NCBI GenBank assembly: GCA_947457935.1
Contig: CANGXP010000003.1
Location: 29,256 to 93,255 of the forward strand
Source: Alphaproteobacteria bacterium
GTDB lineage: Bacteria > Pseudomonadota > Alphaproteobacteria > JAJTHO01 > CANGXP01
DNA: 64,000 bases
Reading direction: 5' to 3'
Shown: positions 10,489 through 22,248 of the stretch, piece by piece
Position numbering within the stretch: position 1 is the first letter of the stretch
Layout of the letters: every line of letters starts with the position of its first letter
Made by a program: the position numbers and the translations under genes
Notes under the pieces: model-generated
What the model was told of the DNA's origin: nothing
The model's input: the letters and a program-made list of their open reading frames with translations, nothing else
Databases searched by the model: none

Positions 10489-11643
10489 ATGCTCGCTGCC
10501 CTTGCCCCCCAACCTGATAGTGCTTTTTCTTTCACAGCAGAACGCAACCTGTTTTTAAAGGCGTTGTTGCACACACAAAACATTGTGGAGCGGCGCAATA
10601 CCGTGCCCATTCTGGCGAACGTGTTGGTGAAAAATAGTGGCGGGTTGTTGTCGCTCACCGCAACGGATATGGATTTAGACATTGTGGAAGGCGTGCCGTC
10701 TGTGGAATGCAGCGATGGCGCGACAACACTGCCCGTGCATATGTTGTGCGATATTGTGCGTAAACTGCCTGATGGCTCGCAAATCACCCTTAAATCAGAT
10801 GGCGATAGAGCAGAATTAGTGTGTGGGCGTTCGCAATTTACTTTGCCGTGTTTGCCAGTGGAAGATTTTCCTGTGATTGGACAGGGCAATTTGCCGCATA
10901 GTTTTTCTATGCCTGTTGCAGATCTAAAAGAGCTGATTGACCACACGAAATTCGCCATGTCGACCGAGGAAACCCGCTATTTCCTGAATGGCTTGTTTTT
11001 CCATGTTGCTGTGGAAGGGGAATCGCAAGAAAACGTGTTGCGGATTGTGGCGACTGATGGGCATCGTCTTGCGCAAGCACAAGTGCCGTTGCCTGAAGGC
11101 GCGGCAGAGATGCCCGCCGTTATTATTCCGCGTAAAACCGTGGTTGAATTGCGCAAATTGCTTGATGAAGTGAATGAGCCGATCACCGTCGGGATTTCCC
11201 AGAACAAAATTTCTTTTGCGTTTGGCGGGGTGCGCTTGACCTCCAAGCTCATTGACGGCACGTTCCCTGATTATAAAAAAGTCATCCCGCAAAATAACGA
11301 CAAAATCCTCACCGTGAACACCAAAGCGTTTGCAGAGGCGGTTGACAGGGTTGCAACCATCTCCACCGATAAGATTCGCGCTATTAAACTCCATATTACC
11401 AGCAGTCAAATTACACTCACCGCAGCGGGTTCAGACAGTGGACGTGCTCAAGAAGAATTGGAAACGGTTTATGGCGGGCAAACGCTGGAAATCGGCTTTA
11501 ACTCCCGCTATTTGCTGGACATCATCGGGCAAATCCAGACAGAACGCACCGCACTTGCCCTATCCGATGTTGCCGCCCCCACCATCGTGACGGAGCCAAA
11601 CAGCACTGATGCGCTGTATGTTATTATGCCGATGCGGGTGTAA
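10489..11643 (+). CDS. dnaN: DNA polymerase III beta clamp
   Basis: ERRNTVPILANV, ATDGHRLA, SKLIDGTFPDY, IMPMRV. Confidence 0.98.
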   Translation: MLAALAPQPDSAFSFTAERNLFLKALLHTQNIVERRNTVPILANVLVKNSGGLLSLTATDMDLDIVEGVPSVECSDGATTLPVHMLCDIVRKLPDGSQITLKSDGDRAELVCGRSQFTLPCLPVEDFPVIGQGNLPHSFSMPVADLKELIDHTKFAMSTEETRYFLNGLFFHVAVEGESQENVLRIVATDGHRLAQAQVPLPEGAAEMPAVIIPRKTVVELRKLLDEVNEPITVGISQNKISFAFGGVRLTSKLIDGTFPDYKKVIPQNNDKILTVNTKAFAEAVDRVATISTDKIRAIKLHITSSQITLTAAGSDSGRAQEELETVYGGQTLEIGFNSRYLLDIIGQIQTERTALALSDVAAPTIVTEPNSTDALYVIMPMRV

Positions 11644-11721
11644 TCGGTATTAATATTTTTTAGCTCGTTCTCCAAAAACTTCTTGCATTATCCGCAAAAA
11701 AACGTATTACTAAACCATACG

Positions 11722-11830
11722 CACGTGCCTATGGCCCTTGAGTGGTTACGCTACGACGTACTTTTACTTTAGACAGGGTGTCAAATCCCTGCTGACGCGA
11801 AGGTTACCGTTGGAACCAATCAGGGGGGAC
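11722..11830 (+). promoter_or_regulatory. Structured leader with uORF before ornithine decarboxylase (probable alphaproteobacterial speF-leader-type element)
   Basis: uORF 11731-11772 (MALEWLRYDVLLL*) ending CTT TAG; hairpin CAGGG/CCCTG at 11774-11791. The position matches the known speF leader class; family identity not verified. Confidence 0.6.
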
Positions 11831-13057
11831 ATGTTCATGAAAATGAATTCTGCTTCTTTGCCGCATGTTTTTGCGGCAAGCACTGCTATTAAAAAACAAT
11901 CATCTCCTGCAATCATAAAAAAACTTGAAACGCGTGCGTTTTCAAGTTCTCGTGCGCTGATTCATGCGCTGCAGCCTGTTGTTCCCACCTATCTGATGCG
12001 TCATGCATTGGTGGAACGTGCCGCAACAGAATTTGCACAGCAATTTAACGGTACAACACTGTATGCGGTGAAAGTCAATCCTTCGCGCAAGGTGCTGATG
12101 GGGTTGGCAAAGGCGGGCGTGAGTCACTTTGATGTTGCATCGTTAGATGAGATTCAACTGGTGCGCCGTTTTGCGCCCAAGGCAACGCTGTTTTTCATGC
12201 ATCCTGTAAAGGCGCGTGAAGCCATTGCGGAAGCGTATCAGCACTATGGTGTGCGCGTTTTTGCGGTGGACTGCACAGGCGAGCTTGCCAAAATTCAAAA
12301 ACAAACCCATAACGCCAAAGATGTGTCTTATTTCGTGCGTCTGTCTTTGCCGCATAAAAGTAGTGCGGCGATAGATTTATCACAAAAATTTGGCGCGGAT
12401 TTTGACGAAGCTGTGGCGTTGCTGCAAGCGGCGCGTCCTCATGCTGTCAAACTGGGTGTGACCTTCCATGTGGGGTCACAGTGCATGGATCCTGCGTCCT
12501 ACACCCAAGCGATTAGCTATGCGGCGTCTGTTATTAAAGCAAGCAGTGTGCCTGTTGAGATGATCGACATTGGCGGCGGTTTTGCGGTGGCGTATCCTGA
12601 TATGAATCCGCCGTCTTTGGGTGTATATATGGCGGCGATTGATGCTGCCTTCCATGACAACGATTTACTGCATCTTGAGCGTTTCGCCGAACCAGGGAGA
12701 GCGTTAGTCGCAACGGCGGGTAGCCTTGTGGTGCGTGTAGAATTGCGAAAAGGCAATTTGTTGTATCTCAATGATGGTACCTACGGCGGCTTGTTTGACG
12801 CAGGCAAAAACATTGCGTTTCGCTTTCCGTGTAATGCAATGCGTGTGGGTGGCGATTTGTCTGAACAGTTGTTGCCGTTCCGTTTTGCGGGCCCTACCTG
12901 CGATTCCCTCGATATGATGGAAGGCCCTTTCCATCTGCCGAAAGATATTGATGAGGGCGATTACATCGAAATCGGGCAGATGGGCGCATACAGCGAGTGT
13001 CTCCGCACGGGCTTTAACGGCTATAAAGACTATTTGTCTTTCGATATTGCGGAATAA
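11831..13057 (+). CDS. Fold-type III PLP-dependent ornithine/lysine decarboxylase
   Basis: YAVKVN (PLP lysine), HVGSQ, DIGGGF, EPGR, GPTCDS, GAY motifs. Confidence 0.93.
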   Translation: MFMKMNSASLPHVFAASTAIKKQSSPAIIKKLETRAFSSSRALIHALQPVVPTYLMRHALVERAATEFAQQFNGTTLYAVKVNPSRKVLMGLAKAGVSHFDVASLDEIQLVRRFAPKATLFFMHPVKAREAIAEAYQHYGVRVFAVDCTGELAKIQKQTHNAKDVSYFVRLSLPHKSSAAIDLSQKFGADFDEAVALLQAARPHAVKLGVTFHVGSQCMDPASYTQAISYAASVIKASSVPVEMIDIGGGFAVAYPDMNPPSLGVYMAAIDAAFHDNDLLHLERFAEPGRALVATAGSLVVRVELRKGNLLYLNDGTYGGLFDAGKNIAFRFPCNAMRVGGDLSEQLLPFRFAGPTCDSLDMMEGPFHLPKDIDEGDYIEIGQMGAYSECLRTGFNGYKDYLSFDIAE

Positions 13058-13069
13058 ATTCATCCCCCT

Positions 13070-13098
13070 CTTGACATTGTGGATATGACTTCCTACAT
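13070..13098 (+). promoter_or_regulatory. RpoH (sigma32)-type promoter of groESL
   Basis: CTTGAC-N16-CCTACAT. Confidence 0.7.
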
Positions 13099-13100
13099 GT

Positions 13101-13127
13101 TTGGCACTCGTGAGATGCGAGTGCTAA
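13101..13127 (+). promoter_or_regulatory. CIRCE element (HrcA operator)
   Basis: TTGGCACTC-N9-GAGTGCTAA, one mismatch to TTAGCACTC-N9-GAGTGCTAA. Confidence 0.95.
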
Positions 13128-13176
13128 TACCCGTTTTCTCCGAACATTGATATAACCAACCTAAAGAGGTACTACC

Positions 13177-13494
13177 ATGAGCTTTAGACCCCTGCATGAC
13201 CGCGTACTCGTACGCCGCATTGACGCGGAAGAAAAAACCGCTGGCGGGATTATTATTCCTGACACCGCAAAAGAAAAACCCATCCAAGGCGAAGTGATCG
13301 CTGTGGGTGCGGGTAGCAAAAACGACAAAGGCGAAATCCAAAAATTGGATGTGAAAGTCGGCGATGTGATTCTGTTTGGCAAATGGTCTGGCACGGAAGT
13401 GAAAATCGATGGGCAAGACCTGCTGATCATGAAAGAATCAGACATTCTGGGCGTGCTGGAAGGCGCGTCTGCAAGCAGTAAGAAGGCTGCTTAA
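13177..13494 (+). CDS. groES: Co-chaperonin GroES
   Basis: [34 protein letters not shown]. Confidence 0.99.
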   Translation: MSFRPLHDRVLVRRIDAEEKTAGGIIIPDTAKEKPIQGEVIAVGAGSKNDKGEIQKLDVKVGDVILFGKWSGTEVKIDGQDLLIMKESDILGVLEGASASSKKAA

Positions 13495-13555
13495 GGAGGC
13501 AAGAGTAGGAAGGCGGGAGGTTACTCTTGCCTGACAACTCCCACCTAATATTTAA

Positions 13556-15238
<1,683 letters not shown>

Positions 15239-15272
15239 ACCGTTTACGACACTCTATTGTACTATTGCGAAG

Positions 15273-15307
15273 AAAAACCGTCCTTGGCAACAGGGGCGGT
15301 TTTTTTT
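15273..15307 (+). terminator. Rho-independent terminator of groESL
   Basis: AAAAACCGTCCTT-ggcaac-AGGGGCGGTTTTTTTT stem with U tract. Confidence 0.85.
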
Positions 15308-15417
15308 GATTTTTTATGAAATATCCGTAATAGCAGGTCTGTGAAAGTGCCTTATAGTTGTGAAATTCCTCATATTTTCTCTATTTAGTTGCTTTTGAAA
15401 TAAAACAATAAAAAATT

Positions 15418-15445
15418 TTGACAAGCATACAAAAGTATGTAATAT
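15418..15445 (+). promoter_or_regulatory. sigma70 promoter with an inverted repeat in the spacer
   Basis: TTGACA at 15418-15423, CATAC-N4-GTATG at 15426-15439, TAATAT at 15440-15445; upstream of the XRE gene. Confidence 0.55.
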
Positions 15446-15508
15446 TAGAAATATAAAATTTAATATTTTATTTTTAAAGAAATTATTTTAACTTATAATA
15501 GGATTTTT

Positions 15509-15997
15509 ATGGAAACTAGTATGAAAAAAGAAGTAAATGAATATAAAAAAGAAATCGGATTGCCACATGTTGTTGACATTCATGTGGGGCAACGTATGCG
15601 CTTGCGCCGAACAATGCTTGGTATCAGCCAAGAGAAGTTAGGAGCAACACTAGCATTAACATTCCAGCAAGTACAGAAATATGAACGCGGCGCGAACAGA
15701 ATTAGTGCTAGCCGTCTGCATGAAATCAGCAAAATACTTAAAGTACCTGTTGCCTTTTTTTTCGAGGATCTTGAAAAGCTCGATTACCCTGTGGTTTCTA
15801 CACAAGCCGTAGGGAGTGTTGCTGGAAATTCTGCAAGTGCGTATGAAGCCCCTGCAAACGACCCCATGACACGTCAAGAGACATTACGTCTTGTTCGTGC
15901 GTATTATCGGATTGATGATGCAGCCGTGCGTGAGCAATTCTGTGCCCTCCTTGAGAGTTATACGCGCACACCAAGCAGTGTGAAAAAAGCAGATTAG
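15509..15997 (+). CDS. XRE-family HTH transcriptional regulator
   Basis: DIHVGQRMRLRR...SQEKLG...TFQQVQKYERGANRISASRL, typical of the alphaproteobacterial XRE family. Confidence 0.93.
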   Translation: METSMKKEVNEYKKEIGLPHVVDIHVGQRMRLRRTMLGISQEKLGATLALTFQQVQKYERGANRISASRLHEISKILKVPVAFFFEDLEKLDYPVVSTQAVGSVAGNSASAYEAPANDPMTRQETLRLVRAYYRIDDAAVREQFCALLESYTRTPSSVKKAD

Positions 15998-16130
15998 TTT
16001 TCGTATTAAACGTTTTTTACTCCGCGCTCGTCATGCCTAAATAATTTAGTCGCATGGTACTGCTCTTCATTAAGAAACAGCCTATTCTCTTTTGAGATAG
16101 GCTGTTGCCATAAGTTTGTGGGGAAGGCAT

Positions 16131-16167
16131 AAAAAAACGCCTCTCGTTTGACGGAGAGACGTTTTTC
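16131..16167 (-). terminator. Terminator hairpin after dnaK (possibly bidirectional)
   Basis: AAAAAAACGCCTCTC...GAGAGACGTTTTT. Confidence 0.75.
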
Positions 16168-16195
16168 TTAAGATTCTCGAAAATGCTTAGAAGGC

Positions 16196-18127
16196 CTAGC
16201 TCGCCGCCTTCTTATCATCCTTCACTTCTTCAAAGTCAGCATCGACGACTTTTTCGTCGTTTGCAGCTGTGCTAGATGCTTCTGCTGTTTGCGCACCAGC
16301 GTCACCCGCCGCAGCGCCTTCTTGCTGTTGCTTGTAAATCGCTTCGCCTAACTTCATGGCGGCTGCCGTCAGTCCTTCGATTTTATTGCGCAGGGTATCC
16401 GCATCTTCGCCTTCTTTCGCTGCTTTCACCGCCTCAATGTTTTGCTCAATCTCGGTTTTCTCAGAAGATCCGATTTTATCGCCATATTCTTTGAGGTTTT
16501 TCTCGGTGGAGTGCACGAGGCTTTCTGCTTGGTTGCGGAGTTCTACCAATTCTTTGCGTTTTTTATCCGCTTCGGCATTGGCTTCGGCATCGCGTACCAT
16601 TTTCTCGATGTCGGCATCAGACAAGCCACCACTCGCTTGAATGCGGATTTGCTGCTCTTTGTTCGTTGCCTTGTCTTTGGCAGATACGCTCACAATCCCG
16701 TTTGCATCAATATCAAACGTCACTTCAATTTGTGGCATCCCACGCGGTGCAGGGGGAATGCCCACAAGGTCAAACTGCCCCAAGATTTTGTTATCCGCCG
16801 CCATTTCGCGTTCCCCTTGGAACACGCGAATGGTTACCGCACTTTGGTTATCATCAGCGGTAGAGAACACTTGGCTTTTCTTGGTCGGAATGGTGGTGTT
16901 GCGCTCAATCAGGCGGGTGAACACGCCGCCTAAGGTTTCAATACCTAATGAAAGAGGGGTTACATCCAGCAACAACACGTCTTTCACGTCGCCTTTCAAG
17001 ACACCGCCTTGGATAGACGCACCAATCGCCACCACTTCATCAGGATTTACGCCTTTGTGCGGCTCTTTCCCGAAGAAGTTTTTGACGATTTCTTGCACTT
17101 TCGGCATACGGGTCATCCCGCCCACCAAAATCACTTCATCAATTTGTGAGGCGGTTAAGCCTGCATCTTTCAACGCCGCTTTGCATGGCTCAACAGTGCG
17201 TTGCAGCAAGTCCTCCACCAAGGCTTCCAACTTTGCGCGGGTGATGGTGACGTTCAAGTGTTTAGGACCGTTTTGGTCAGCAGTGATGAACGGCAAGTTT
17301 ACATCGGTTTGCGACGCGCTCGACAATTCGATTTTCGCCTTCTCTGCCGCTTCTTTCAAGCGTTGCAGCGCAAGGGTATCGTTTTTAAGGTCAATCCCCT
17401 GTTCTTTTTTGAATTCACCTGCAAGGTAATCAACAATGCGGTTGTCAAAATCTTCTCCCCCAAGGAAGGTATCGCCGTTGGTGGATTTCACTTCAAACAC
17501 GCCATCGCCAATCTCGAGGATGGACACGTCAAACGTACCACCACCAAGGTCATACACCGCAATAATGCCGCTGTTTTTCTTGTCCATGCCGTAGGCAAGG
17601 GCTGCCGCTGTTGGCTCGTTAATAATTCGCAATACTTCCAGCCCTGCGATTTTTCCTGCATCGCGGGTTGCTTGGCGTTGGGCATCGTTAAAGTAGGCAG
17701 GCACGGTAATAACCGCCTGTGTAACAGTCTCGCCGAGGTGGCTTTCCGCTGTTTCTTTCATTTTTTGGAGTGTGAACGCGCTGATTTGGCTGGGGCTATA
17801 TTTTTGCCCGTCTGCTTCTACCCATGCATCGCCTGTGTCACCCTTCACAATTTTATAGGGCACTAAGCCTTGGTCTTTTTTGGTCAACGGGTCATCAAAA
17901 CGGCGACCAATTAGGCGTTTAATTGCAAAAAAGGTATTGTGGGGGTTGGTCACCGCTTGGCGTTTCGCTGCTTGACCTACAAGCCGTTCACCTGTTTTGG
18001 TGATTGCCACGATAGAGGGCGTAGTACGCGCCCCTTCAGAGTTTTCAATAACCTTAGAGCTTTTGCCATCCATGTAGGCAACGCAAGAGTTGGTTGTGCC
18101 TAAGTCAATGCCGATAATGTGCGCCAT
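16196..18127 (-). CDS. dnaK: Chaperone DnaK
   Basis: [28 protein letters not shown]; start set at MAHIIG (18127). Confidence 0.99.
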   Translation of the reverse strand: MAHIIGIDLGTTNSCVAYMDGKSSKVIENSEGARTTPSIVAITKTGERLVGQAAKRQAVTNPHNTFFAIKRLIGRRFDDPLTKKDQGLVPYKIVKGDTGDAWVEADGQKYSPSQISAFTLQKMKETAESHLGETVTQAVITVPAYFNDAQRQATRDAGKIAGLEVLRIINEPTAAALAYGMDKKNSGIIAVYDLGGGTFDVSILEIGDGVFEVKSTNGDTFLGGEDFDNRIVDYLAGEFKKEQGIDLKNDTLALQRLKEAAEKAKIELSSASQTDVNLPFITADQNGPKHLNVTITRAKLEALVEDLLQRTVEPCKAALKDAGLTASQIDEVILVGGMTRMPKVQEIVKNFFGKEPHKGVNPDEVVAIGASIQGGVLKGDVKDVLLLDVTPLSLGIETLGGVFTRLIERNTTIPTKKSQVFSTADDNQSAVTIRVFQGEREMAADNKILGQFDLVGIPPAPRGMPQIEVTFDIDANGIVSVSAKDKATNKEQQIRIQASGGLSDADIEKMVRDAEANAEADKKRKELVELRNQAESLVHSTEKNLKEYGDKIGSSEKTEIEQNIEAVKAAKEGEDADTLRNKIEGLTAAAMKLGEAIYKQQQEGAAAGDAGAQTAEASSTAANDEKVVDADFEEVKDDKKAAS

Positions 18128-18182
18128 AGTGCTGTCCTTTGTTGTATAGCTAGTAAATGTGTGTGCCATAGAGGCGTTATGC

Positions 18183-18212
18183 AGATATGGGCACTAATCC
18201 CCCAACGTCAAG
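18183..18212 (-). promoter_or_regulatory. RpoH-type promoter of dnaK
   Basis: Minus strand reads CTTGAC-N15-CCCATATCT. Confidence 0.75.
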
Positions 18213-18216
18213 AGGG

Positions 18217-18402
18217 TTATTCTCTAAAATAGAGCATAAAAATAATAAACGCTACTAACGCTAAGCCCTGCAAGCCAACACGCCACTGCATCAGCGTATT
18301 GCTATATTTCTCGCGCACGGCTCCCCCCTTTGCAGTCACAATAAGACCTGCAACCATTACAACGAGTGTTGCAAGCATGAGGGCGATGAGGAGGTAAATC
18401 AT
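18217..18402 (-). CDS. HIG1-like twin transmembrane helix small protein
   Basis: KYSNTLMQWRVGLQGLA motif between two TM helices. Confidence 0.85.
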   Translation of the reverse strand: MIYLLIALMLATLVVMVAGLIVTAKGGAVREKYSNTLMQWRVGLQGLALVAFIIFMLYFRE

Positions 18403-18472
18403 AGTGATGACCTTTGTGAAGAGAGCATATAGTGGCAATATAGCTGGCTATATAGCAAAGGCGAGGGGTTTG

Positions 18473-19540
18473 TTAGGCATGGACGTGGTGTTGCATTAAA
18501 TATGGCAATAAATGGGGAATGGTTTGCTGATATTGAGATTTCCCCACAAGCGCGCTGAAAATTGTATATGCGACTTCCGCATCTTTTTGTGCAAGGTTTC
18601 TAATGCCATGTAATTCTTGAGGGGTTATCACTTCAATAGAGATATTATTTAATGGTTTTTGCGTTGTTTCGAAATGCTCAATATATTGAGGGTATTTACG
18701 CATTTGCTGATGGAGCCTTGCTCCTTTTCTATCCGATAATAAAAAACGTCGAAATTCAGAAGCATTGTCATGGTTCTGCAGTGCTTCTAGCATTTCCCGT
18801 AACGGTGCATCTTTTGTAATAATAACATAGCCTTGTTCTGTGGAGTTTTTGTTTGCGGCTGCTTGGATAAGTGTTAGCAATATACCAATATCGGCGGATT
18901 CCCGAAAAAGATCGCGCACTTTTTTATTGTCTTGCGTTGCCATCAGTTGAGAGAGAGCATAGCGATTAGTTACTTCTTTCTCATACCCTAAATTGATACC
19001 ATGCTCCGTAATATCTGTTGGGAAATGAATAAATTTGGGATTATTATTAATGAGTCGTGCTATTTTGCTGCGTTGTTGTTTTATTTCGTCATAATTCACG
19101 CTACCTGTTAATTCAACAGCCAATAATAAGGGAATGTCGAGATAATAATGTATTTTACTGAAGCTATGCTCCCCTGATGCAAAAGCGGCTGTATCAAATG
19201 ATTCTTCTGTATCTTTGATATGTTTGCGCATGACACGACAAATCTTTAAGACATCTCGAACAGACTGCCAATCTTTCCCAGCAGCGCATGTATCAACAAT
19301 AAAATGTAGATTATGCGTTTTTCCTGTGGGTAATTTTAAATGTGGGGGAGAATAGTCCGTTCGAAACAAAAACTTTTCGGGTAATTTTATACCGTAACAT
19401 GCTGCCAGCTCTCTCAAAATTTCTCTATCTTCAGGATTTTTAAGAGAAATGCCCAACTCCCTTGCTGCTCTAAGAGATTTGTTTGCCTTGGGAGAAGTGA
19501 GCTTTTGAAGATTATTTTTAACGTCATCTCGTTGAGACAC
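18473..19540 (-). CDS. Hypothetical protein with PIN-domain-like acidic motifs
   Basis: FIVDTC...LAVEL...SADIGIL...IITKDAPL pattern; AT-rich compared with neighbours. Confidence 0.6.
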   Translation of the reverse strand: MSQRDDVKNNLQKLTSPKANKSLRAARELGISLKNPEDREILRELAACYGIKLPEKFLFRTDYSPPHLKLPTGKTHNLHFIVDTCAAGKDWQSVRDVLKICRVMRKHIKDTEESFDTAAFASGEHSFSKIHYYLDIPLLLAVELTGSVNYDEIKQQRSKIARLINNNPKFIHFPTDITEHGINLGYEKEVTNRYALSQLMATQDNKKVRDLFRESADIGILLTLIQAAANKNSTEQGYVIITKDAPLREMLEALQNHDNASEFRRFLLSDRKGARLHQQMRKYPQYIEHFETTQKPLNNISIEVITPQELHGIRNLAQKDAEVAYTIFSALVGKSQYQQTIPHLLPYLMQHHVHA

Positions 19541-19632
19541 GGTATTACCTTAAATATAATGCACCCAGTATCGAGTGCGCACAAAAACAGAAAATATAAC
19601 TTTAAAAATCAAATTCGAAAAAGAGCCGAGCG

Positions 19633-20220
19633 TTACCCCCGCACCAAATCCAAAAACTCTCCGCGTAACACCGCATCCGTTTTAAACGCGCCCGTGAAAT
19701 GACGGGTTACCATGTTCATGCCTGTTTTATGTACGCCGCGTGTGGTCATGCACTCATGCTCGCCACTTACGAAGACAGCAACGCCTTTAGGCTCAAGCGC
19801 TTGGTCAATAGAATCTCCGATGGAAGAGGTGAGGGCTTCTTGGATTTGTAGACGCTTAGAAAATACATCGCAGACCCGTGCCAATTTACTAATCCCCACT
19901 ACTCGCTCATTCGGGATGTAGGCAACACTAATAGTGCCAATAATAGGGATGATATGGTGTTCGCAATGCGACTCAAAACGAATATTACGCAAGATGACCA
20001 TATCCGCATATCCTGCCGCATCATAAGAAGCAGTTTGCAGCATTTCTATGGGGTTTTCTGAGTAACCAGCAGAAAACTCTTCATATGCGCGTACTACACG
20101 GGCAGGCGTTTCAATCAGGCCTTCGCGTTGAGGGTTGTCGCCCATCCAACGAATAAGAGTTTCAACGGCACTTTCAGCTTCTGTACGAGAGGGTCTGTTT
20201 TGGGCAATTAAGGAAGTCAT
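19633..20220 (-). CDS. folE: GTP cyclohydrolase I
   Basis: ETPARV, SHCEHH, GISKLAR, RLQIQE, HECMTTRGV. Confidence 0.97.
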   Translation of the reverse strand: MTSLIAQNRPSRTEAESAVETLIRWMGDNPQREGLIETPARVVRAYEEFSAGYSENPIEMLQTASYDAAGYADMVILRNIRFESHCEHHIIPIIGTISVAYIPNERVVGISKLARVCDVFSKRLQIQEALTSSIGDSIDQALEPKGVAVFVSGEHECMTTRGVHKTGMNMVTRHFTGAFKTDAVLRGEFLDLVRG

Positions 20221-20258
20221 AAAGTCTCACTGTTAGGTTATAAGGGGAAATTGTAAAG

Positions 20259-20651
20259 TTATTGAATGCTCATCGGTTGGTAGGGACTATCGAGAGAGAA
20301 GGGGGGTATTTCAATATTGAATGCATCACCATGGGCATTTAACATGCCATAACTCCCCACCATAATGCCAGAGGGTGCATCAAGAGGCGTACCGCTCGTA
20401 TATTCAAAGGCACATCCTGGAGGAATGACAGGTTGTTCACCAACCACACCAATCCCATGTATTTCTTGAATCCGACCAAAACTATCGGTAATCCGCCAGT
20501 ACCGATTGTGGAGTTTGACAGGTTCAGCACTGTTATTATGTATACATACATGATATGCCCATACATAGTGTTCTTCTTCGGGGGAAGATTGATCGTCAAG
20601 ATACATTGGGCTGACGGAAACGGTAATAGCGTTAGTGGTTTTTTGATACAT
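20259..20651 (-). CDS. apaG: ApaG protein
   Basis: RYWRITD, GVVGEQPVI, FEYTSG, FSLDSP. Confidence 0.95.
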   Translation of the reverse strand: MYQKTTNAITVSVSPMYLDDQSSPEEEHYVWAYHVCIHNNSAEPVKLHNRYWRITDSFGRIQEIHGIGVVGEQPVIPPGCAFEYTSGTPLDAPSGIMVGSYGMLNAHGDAFNIEIPPFSLDSPYQPMSIQ

Positions 20652-20796
20652 AGTAGCATTATATAGTTTGTCTGTTTGAGAATGCCAATGGAAACGCGAT
20701 TATTTTGAGCCTTTTCTTACAAAAACTGATACTATAAAAAATATTGAGAGTATTTCTCGCTTATAAAACTGCCTCCCTACCAATTAAGAATGTATT

Positions 20797-21531
20797 ATGA
20801 CTGAACGTATTGCTAAATATCTCGCCCGTTGTGGTGTTGCTTCCAGAAGGGGAGCGGAAGATCTTATTGTACAAGGCTTCATTAAAGTAGATGGGAAAAC
20901 CATCGCATCGCCTGCCTTGAATGTAACAGCGCAAAACAAAATCACATTTAAAAATAAGCCTGTCGTGTTGCCTGAAAATACGCTTCGCCTTTGGCGGTAT
21001 CATAAAACAAAAGGGCTTCTTACCACGAATAAAGATCCTGATGGGCGCCCCACTATTTTTGAAAAATTGCCTGAAGAGTTGCCGCGAGTCATTACAATCG
21101 GGCGATTAGATTTAAATAGTGAAGGGTTATTATTGCTCACGAATAATGGTGGTTTAGCAAGGTATTTGGAATTACCCAGTACAGCATGGAAGCGCACCTA
21201 TCGAGTGCGCGTGTTCGGGAAAATAGACAATACGATTTTAGAACCATTAAAGCACGGCGTTACAATTGAGGGTGTGAAATATGCGCCTATTATGGCAGAG
21301 CTAGAACGTCAACAGGGTGACAATGCATGGCTGCTTGTAACGCTAACAGAGGGTAAAAATCGCGAAATCCGTAAAGTGATGGAATATCTGGGGTATTCGG
21401 TGAATAGATTGTTGCGTGTTAGCTATGGCCCTTTCCAATTAGGAAAGCTTGCCGAGGGGGGCGTAGAAGAAGTGCCATTGCGGATATTAAAAGCTTCTCT
21501 CGGCAAAGAATTAATGGAAAAATTGCGGTAA
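20797..21531 (+). CDS. RsuA/RluB-family rRNA pseudouridine synthase
   Basis: S4 domain ERIAKYLARCGVASRR, GRLDLNSEGLLLLTN, EGKNREIR. Confidence 0.93.
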   Translation: MTERIAKYLARCGVASRRGAEDLIVQGFIKVDGKTIASPALNVTAQNKITFKNKPVVLPENTLRLWRYHKTKGLLTTNKDPDGRPTIFEKLPEELPRVITIGRLDLNSEGLLLLTNNGGLARYLELPSTAWKRTYRVRVFGKIDNTILEPLKHGVTIEGVKYAPIMAELERQQGDNAWLLVTLTEGKNREIRKVMEYLGYSVNRLLRVSYGPFQLGKLAEGGVEEVPLRILKASLGKELMEKLR

Positions 21532-21999
21532 TTATCGCTGTGCAGTCGTCGTATTAGTCTCACTACTTGCCATTGAAATGGCAATCCCTGTTTCAGTTGC
21601 TGTTGTCGGAATAAGAGTTGCGGCAAGAGTATCGCCGCTAACTTTTGATGCTCCACTTTTTACAGGCCCTTGCCAAAAGATTTTGTTTCCCTCTTGAGAA
21701 ACTTGATAACAGCTCCAATCAGGTGTGCTAGGCCACTTTGAACAAACCATACCGTCATCCGTAACGGTCCAAATTCCTTTTTCTTTTTGTGTACCATCAT
21801 GATCAACAACAGTTTCTGCGGCGGCATTAAAATACTGTTTTTGTTGTCCTTCTTCTCCTTCCCATACAACTGCGTTATTCACTAAAACAACACGGATGGT
21901 ATCAGCAGGAAGAATTTCTGCAGCGGTGGCATTGTGTAGTGGTAGTGCTACGCTACACAACGCGGAAAAAGCAATAAACGGAAGGGTAAGTTTATTCAT
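21532..21999 (-). CDS. Hypothetical exported protein (DUF995-like)
   Basis: Signal peptide; GIWTVTDDGMVCSKW...CYQV pattern; GGAG RBS. Confidence 0.65.
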   Translation of the reverse strand: MNKLTLPFIAFSALCSVALPLHNATAAEILPADTIRVVLVNNAVVWEGEEGQQKQYFNAAAETVVDHDGTQKEKGIWTVTDDGMVCSKWPSTPDWSCYQVSQEGNKIFWQGPVKSGASKVSGDTLAATLIPTTATETGIAISMASSETNTTTAQR

Positions 22000-22248
22000 G
22001 TGTTACTCCTAAAACTGCCGTTTTGTATTTATATTTCAATAATACACGATAATGAGCCTTACGTAAAAACAAAAGTACGTCAAGATAAAAAACACAGATA
22101 AAAAACACATAAGAACTAATTTAATAACGCCAAAGTTGGGTGCAGCGCACAATAAAATCCCTAGGAAACACACGGTGATAAACGCAAAAGCGAGATGCAG
22201 ACCCTCTTAATTTTTTCTGCATTGCAGCATTTGACAGAAGCGATTTAT

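Noticed and set aside
22083..22108. 13-bp tandem duplication AGATAAAAAACAC
   Set aside because: Only two low-complexity copies in an AT-rich intergenic region; no supportable function.
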